The notes beneath the pieces are model-generated. The model saw only the letters and a list, made by a program, of their open reading frames with translations. It was not told the origin of the DNA and did not search any database. From the human T2T-CHM13v2.0 reference genome, Homo sapiens, in NCBI RefSeq assembly GCF_009914755.1, contig NC_060930.1: a stretch of 64,000 bases of DNA, one strand, 5' to 3'. This document shows, in pieces, positions 58,452 to 64,000 of the stretch. The translations under genes and the position numbers were made by a program. Each line of letters opens with the position of its first letter. Position 1 is the first letter of the stretch.

Positions 58452-58602
58452 ATGTGTGTGTGTGCGTGTGTGTGTATATATGTGTGTGTGTATATATATA
58501 CACATATATGTGTGTGTGTGTATATATATACACATATATGTGTGTGTGTGTATATATATACACATATGTGTGTGTATGTGTGTGTATATATATATATATA
58601 TG
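58452..58602. repeat. Compound (TG)/(TA)/(CA) alternating purine-pyrimidine tract with a 30-bp unit
   Basis: TATATATATACACATATATGTGTGTGTGTG at 58491-58520 and 58521-58550, with a variant third copy. Confidence 0.92.
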
Positions 58603-58905
58603 GAATATTATTCAGCCTTAAAAAAAAGATTCTTCACTTGCCACAAAATGGAGGAAACTAGAGGACACTATTTTAAGTGAAATCAGCCAAACACAGGAAG
58701 AATAATATTATATAATCTCACTTATATAGAGAATCTAAAATAAAAAGTCAAATATACAGAGATAGAGAATAAAATAGTTACCAAGGGCAGGGGTGGAGGA
58801 GGGGAAGAAATGGGGAGACATAAGTCAAAGAATACAAAGTAGCAGATATGTAGAAAGAACTACTCTAGAGATCTCATATACAACATGAGGAGGATGGGTA
58901 ATCAT

Positions 58906-59008
58906 ATTGTATTGTATTGTAATGTATTTCATTGTATTGTATTGTATTGTATTGTATTGTATTGTATTGTATTGTATTGTATTGTATTGTATTGTATTGT
59001 ATTGTATT
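58906..59008. repeat. (ATTGT)n pentanucleotide microsatellite, about 20 units
   Basis: Seen directly in the sequence. Confidence 0.93.
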
Positions 59009-59189
59009 TGGGACTTTTCCTAAAAGAGTAGATTTTGGCTGCTCTTGCCACAAAAAACAAAATCAGTAACTATGTGAGATGATGGATATGTTTATTTGCT
59101 TCACTATAGTAAGTATTTTACTATCCATACATGTGGTATATATATATTATACCTTAAATATATACAATAAAATTTATTGAAAAAGAACA

Positions 59190-59900
59190 GAAAACAATGG
59201 TATTTAGGAAGGCCAAGGGAAGTGGGCATTTAGAAAGAGAACTGTCTGCCCAGGTGTATGCTACAGAAAGCCTGAGGAGAATGGGGGCTGAAAGACAGAC
59301 AGCCTCTGTGTTTGTTAAGGAGAACACTGGCAATTTTTGAGAAACCAGATTTAAAAGAATAATGGAGGCAGAAATTTGCTTCTACTTTAAATTATAGAAT
59401 GAATTAAATGGTACCAAAGTAGAAGGAAGAGAGTTTGGATCACTCATCAGAGAGTTTGATACAAAAAGGAAAGAAATCAATTGGAGAGTGATTGAACAGA
59501 TAATAGTCCACTGGAAAGTTTTTGTGTTGATTGGCTTTGATAGACGTTATAAGCTTTGTGCATACTAGAAAGAAAGGGGGAAGAGATATGCAGAAAATGC
59601 ACTGGGAATAACCGAGATTACCACTACAGGCAGACAGCTGGTAAGTGGCTGAGCAAGTCAAGACAGGAAGGAGCAAAGCACTGAAGCCACTGACTGTGGC
59701 ACAGAGACAAAATGGGCTCCAAGGGAAACCCGGTGACAGTCTGGATAAAATCGGACGAATCAGATAACTGGAGGCTTGGTGTAGCTGGAGTGAAGGTTTA
59801 ATAGCTATGAAAGTGAGAAATATGCAGGTTGTGGTTATAGAAATTTTAACTTCAAGATTATAGGGTTGAAGCAAATTTCAGTGGATGACAGCCATTTGGG
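59190..59900 (-). mobile_element. L2 fragment
   Basis: Purine-rich degenerate L2-like body continuing the upstream L2 series. Confidence 0.45.
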
Positions 59901-62900
59901 ATTCCAGGCCCGAAAAAAATACCTGAATTTGAAGGATATAATGAGGCAAGTGAATCAACAAGTGCTCTAGGGATACCCCGATGTATCAGAAAAGCAGACA
60001 TAGCCTACGGTTACTTCTGATACCAACTTTCTAAGGAGTGTGTGGTGAAGTACTTTTCAGATGCATGCTAGACTATGGAATTTTGAATCTGGGTATCTTT
60101 GTACCTTAAATAAGGAATATGTGGGGTTCAGATAGTTTTCACTGAGATTCAGGAAGCAAGGTCCTTAATGCTTTTTCATTATTATCTCTAGCATAACTAC
60201 TTCTTCCGGAGATGAGATTTACAGATTTTCACGATGAAGTAACACCCAGAGGCTGTCCAGAATTTATGAAGCCTAGTAGGAAGGTCTTTATCATAATTAA
60301 CTTTACCAAGAAGTTTTTCCTTATTTTTTTCTAATTATAAAAATAAGGCACTCTCAATAAATAAATTTTGGTAGAAATACAGATATGTATTAAGAGAAAA
60401 ACACAAACCTTCTTTAACCCCATTACCCAGAACCAAACATGTATATTGTGTGTGTGCATGCGTGTGTGCATGCATGTGTGTGTGTTTCTATGTATTTTAA
60501 ATAGATGGCAATTTCGGGAAATTGCCAGTTTGCTTGGTAGATATTATATATAACCTCGTCTAAATACAAAGATGTGAAGAAAATTGGAAAGGGAAACAAG
60601 AATTCTGGCCCTTGACCTCTTGGTTTATCAGTTTCTGGGTTTTAATTTAATTAAATATTTTGCATACATACTCAATATTAATAATTGAAATTGAAAAGCA
60701 TGGTATCATTCAATATTGCTTTTGATTCCTAGGCATTAAGACATTAAGTGATACTTAATGTCTGAACTATTGGAAGATGGATTAACTTTTTAAGGCCCTT
60801 AGAAAACTATTTAAATTTATGGAATAAATAGCATGTGACTGAAAAGAATTAATGTAGATTTTCAAAGGGTTCAACTTAATGCTAACTTTTTTGTTCATTA
60901 GAAGGAAGATATCATTAAAACAAAAGTGTATAGATGAGCTCTCAAGGGAGTCAGGAAGAAGCACCAACCCCTCAACCCACACACACACACAGAACCTGGT
61001 CTAATAGATGGGAAATAAGGCCAGAAACCCTAAATGCATCAAGGACTTGGGCTAAAACATTAATTAATATTTTAAGCAATAGTTCTTTGTTTTTAATTAA
61101 TGATGTAAAATGGGTAAATGTGCAATTAAGAAAACCCATAACTTCTCAATTCATCCCATTTTAAGTTAATATGTATGAATCTGTCACATAAAGCAAAATG
61201 AATAAACAGTGTAGGTATCTGAATAATTCAGAAAGGGAACACAATATAGAAAGTTTGCGCCTAATATCTCTAAAATAAAGACAAAAGAGGGAATTTAGCA
61301 TAAGTGGTTATGTAAATGGTTATCCAAGCGTATCTCATCAGAATTAATATTCAATATTTTATTTTTATTTTTAATGTATTATTTTCTCTTTATTGTTAAT
61401 CTCTTATTATCACACATCAAAAATAATATCAGACATTTACTTTGGCTATTTTGATGAAGTCTTAAAACCTGAGTACATGGGAAATTTTCTCTAAATAAAG
61501 CCTTTTAACTCAAATCGGAAGAAGTGAACTGACCTTCATTTTATTTCATGTTAACTGTGCTGGGTAGTAAAATTTATAGCTAAATATATTGGCTTGTTCT
61601 TTCAGGCACTGTCTTACCAGCACTGGAATAAAGCTAACATCCAATGTGTTGTCGGGGCTGCCTGACTTCAGCTGTTTATTTCATGGGTAATTAGTGGAGA
61701 TCTTTTACATTCTGCTAAAAGGGTCATTCCAAGAAGAAACAGAAAACACTGGACAAAGAAAATATGAGTTGATCTTGTCAGCATCAAGGATTTCTCTGCA
61801 GGAGATCTTGCTGTGGCTTTCATTATCACAACAACCAGTAGGTGTTGCTATAGAAACTATACTGTTAACAAGCTAACGGAACAAGGCAGACACAGACAAA
61901 TGATGAGGGTGGGGAAAAAAAGAGGAAAACGAAAGGCTATAAGGTTTGGTTCTTGTAAATGAGTCTCTTGCTTTAAAATCTTACCTTATCTCCCTTGGTT
62001 TTCCCATTAATACTGCATGGATAATGTATGACCAGTAATAGGAACAATATAATAAATTCATACAGCCCTCTTCAGGCAAGGTCTCAGAGAGCTCTGTAAT
62101 TGAAAATGAAATTAAAAGCAACAATAAACGAATTCCTTTACAAATTAGGACTTTACAGTCCAAAGTGATCCAGACAAGTAATGAGGTGTCTCCCAGCCCT
62201 CAAGTATGGAAATTCATATGGAAGTATGCACATTCATTATTTATGTGTGTCAAATGTATTTGAGAAATCTAGTCAATGTAGTCAAAAATGAAATACAGCA
62301 TCTCAATCCAGTTAATAACTAGGTATCACAGAAAAAATAATTTAAGAATTTATAAAAGTAATATTGAGATTAAAATGTTACAAAAATTGTCGTGAAACCC
62401 CAGCCTCAGCTAGTAAAAACGCATATAAATTTGACCCTTTTTTGGTTAATATTGAGGGAATTATAGGCAAAATATATATGAAGTATGTTTGTAAATCAAG
62501 TCCTCTGGGGTTGTAAGGTAAAAATATTTCACATTTCTTTTCTATAATTGCCTCATTTTCAAGCCGAAAATACTCCCTACAAAATTTGCCACTTTCCAAA
62601 GAGTTTCTGTGCATATAGACAGGAAAAACCACAGCCATTTCTTTTTAACACTGTTCCTCAAAACGAAAAAGCAAGCAATTATACTTCTAACCACTCTTCA
62701 CTAGCACAGGTTCTTCAACAGTCTGTGAATATAAATAAGGTTGTATTAATGCTCAGTGTTCAAATTGCAATGTCTCTTCACTTGTATGATTTCTGTGCCC
62801 CTATGATATTTCTAGACCCCAAAGAGGCAATCACATGTGCTAACCAAAGGTCCCCTCCACCACAGCCAGAGTGCTGCCTTTGCTCTTTTATTTTCTGTTT

Positions 62901-64000
62901 TTCTTGGTTCCCTGCTCTCCTGAACACAAGCTATAGCAGGTCCTCATATTGCCCCTCTTAATGGATTTCATGATCTCACAGTCCATAAAGAGGTACGAAG
63001 AATGGCCTGTACTCCAACTCCAAGCCTGCTTTCATTTACTCAACATTTATTCAAATAAATAAATTATAACTTATTTAAATAATTATTTGGCAGCCATGCC
63101 CCCAAGGAGCCTTGCTTGTGGCCAGAGCTGCACAAAATGCTCCATGAAAACAACTCCTTCCACTTCTATGTGTAAGCTCAACTAGACAGTATTTTCCAAG
63201 TTATTCATTTCTACAAGTACTAACAACATTATTCAGGCGCAAAGAGGCTCAATTCTGCTTAGATAATAAAATTGGCCCCAAAAGCAATATTTGTAAAGAT
63301 GTGACTCTGTTTACCACTTAGACAATATGTTTTTATCTGGAGCTCCTTGGAGCCACTAATCTCAAGCATCTTGTTTGATTGTAGTTACTACTTACCTTTG
63401 TGAAACTAAATGGCTCATTCAAAAGGTTGCCCCACGCAAAGACATGGTCTTCCCTAACCTGTATTCAAGCCTTTGTTCCATTTCTGGGAAGAAGGAAAGC
63501 TGAAGATTTTATGTAATATTTTGTTTTACTTCTACTTTTGTCATCAAGTTTCCAATCTTAGGGCTAAATTTCAATCTGGACTCAAACTCAGGAATATTAT
63601 TCCCTTCTGCACGATGTTTCTGATAAAGAAACAAGATAAAGAATCACAGCACTTTACGACCTTGATGATGGAGAGAGCACTTGTGAAGCGCTCCCAGAAA
63701 AGGGGAAGGCCAGGAGCAGAGTCAGAAAGTTTCTAAGGATGAACTTTTTTTTCTGAGTGCCTCAACTTTGACAACAGAGGCCTAATATGAATATTTATTC
63801 CAAGAATGTTGGGTTTTCTGGGCAGTCCATCAGCAGTTCTATTTGCATGAGAGAAGGAACAGAATGGGTGTGTTTTCATTTAGGTTTATAAAAACATGCA
63901 CACAAGGATTAAATTGGTTTTAATTGCAAATAACCCATTAAGCCATCTATTTCAATAGGGAAATAGATAAGTAAATTATGATATAGTCATACAATGGAAT

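Larger units (their letters stand above)
57925..59190 (+). mobile_element. L1MA-like 3' fragment containing two expanded simple repeats
   Basis: ORF2 C-terminal remnant (GGGAAATGCAAATCAAAA) and 3'UTR ending CAATAAAATTTATT. Confidence 0.82.

Noticed and set aside
58250-58680. ORFs with VCVYIYT/THTHIY repeats
   Set aside because: Translations of a dinucleotide microsatellite inside an L1 remnant.
59440-59874. 144-aa minus-strand ORF
   Set aside because: Lies in a degenerate L2-like region with biased composition and no recognisable motif.
60739-60763. 11-bp inverted repeat AGACATTAAGT-GAT-ACTTAATGTCT
   Set aside because: Isolated and AT-rich; within the range of chance or slippage, and too short for a pre-miRNA.
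61606-61630. GTCTTACCAG resemblance to miR-200/429 5p arms
   Set aside because: No complementary 3p arm (TAATACTG/TAACACTG) or hairpin follows.
62548-62961. 137-aa plus-strand ORF
   Set aside because: Non-ATG start, no homology recognised, no supporting splice signals.

Overview
Primate genomic DNA, most likely human or another hominid. It is AT-rich, repeat-rich and looks intronic or intergenic; I recognise no host protein-coding exon. The dominant feature is a full-length (~6.04 kb) L1PA2-type LINE-1 at 211-6252 (+) with target-site duplications. Its ORF1 is intact. Its ORF2 is dead (endonuclease D145E and D229G, plus two 1-nt deletions), and its antisense ORF0 is frameshifted and extended. 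The rest of the window is a mosaic of Alus, older L1s (one with a twin-priming 5' inversion), MST/MLT LTRs, a Tigger3 inside a four-layer nest, a MADE1, L2/MIR relics and microsatellites. One short CpG-rich element (~32.64-32.98 kb) carries a perfect PBX-PREP/MEIS decamer next to a 1-1-1-loop G-quadruplex, and is flanked by a nested-palindrome cluster and the MADE1. The most provocative observation is speculative and post hoc: four + strand exon-like segments downstream of this element (34255-34337, 41831-41908, 51442-51558, 61606-61686) join in one open frame from a Kozak ATG to give ~100 aa. Repeat subfamily calls and the boundaries of old repeats come from recalled consensus motifs and are approximate.
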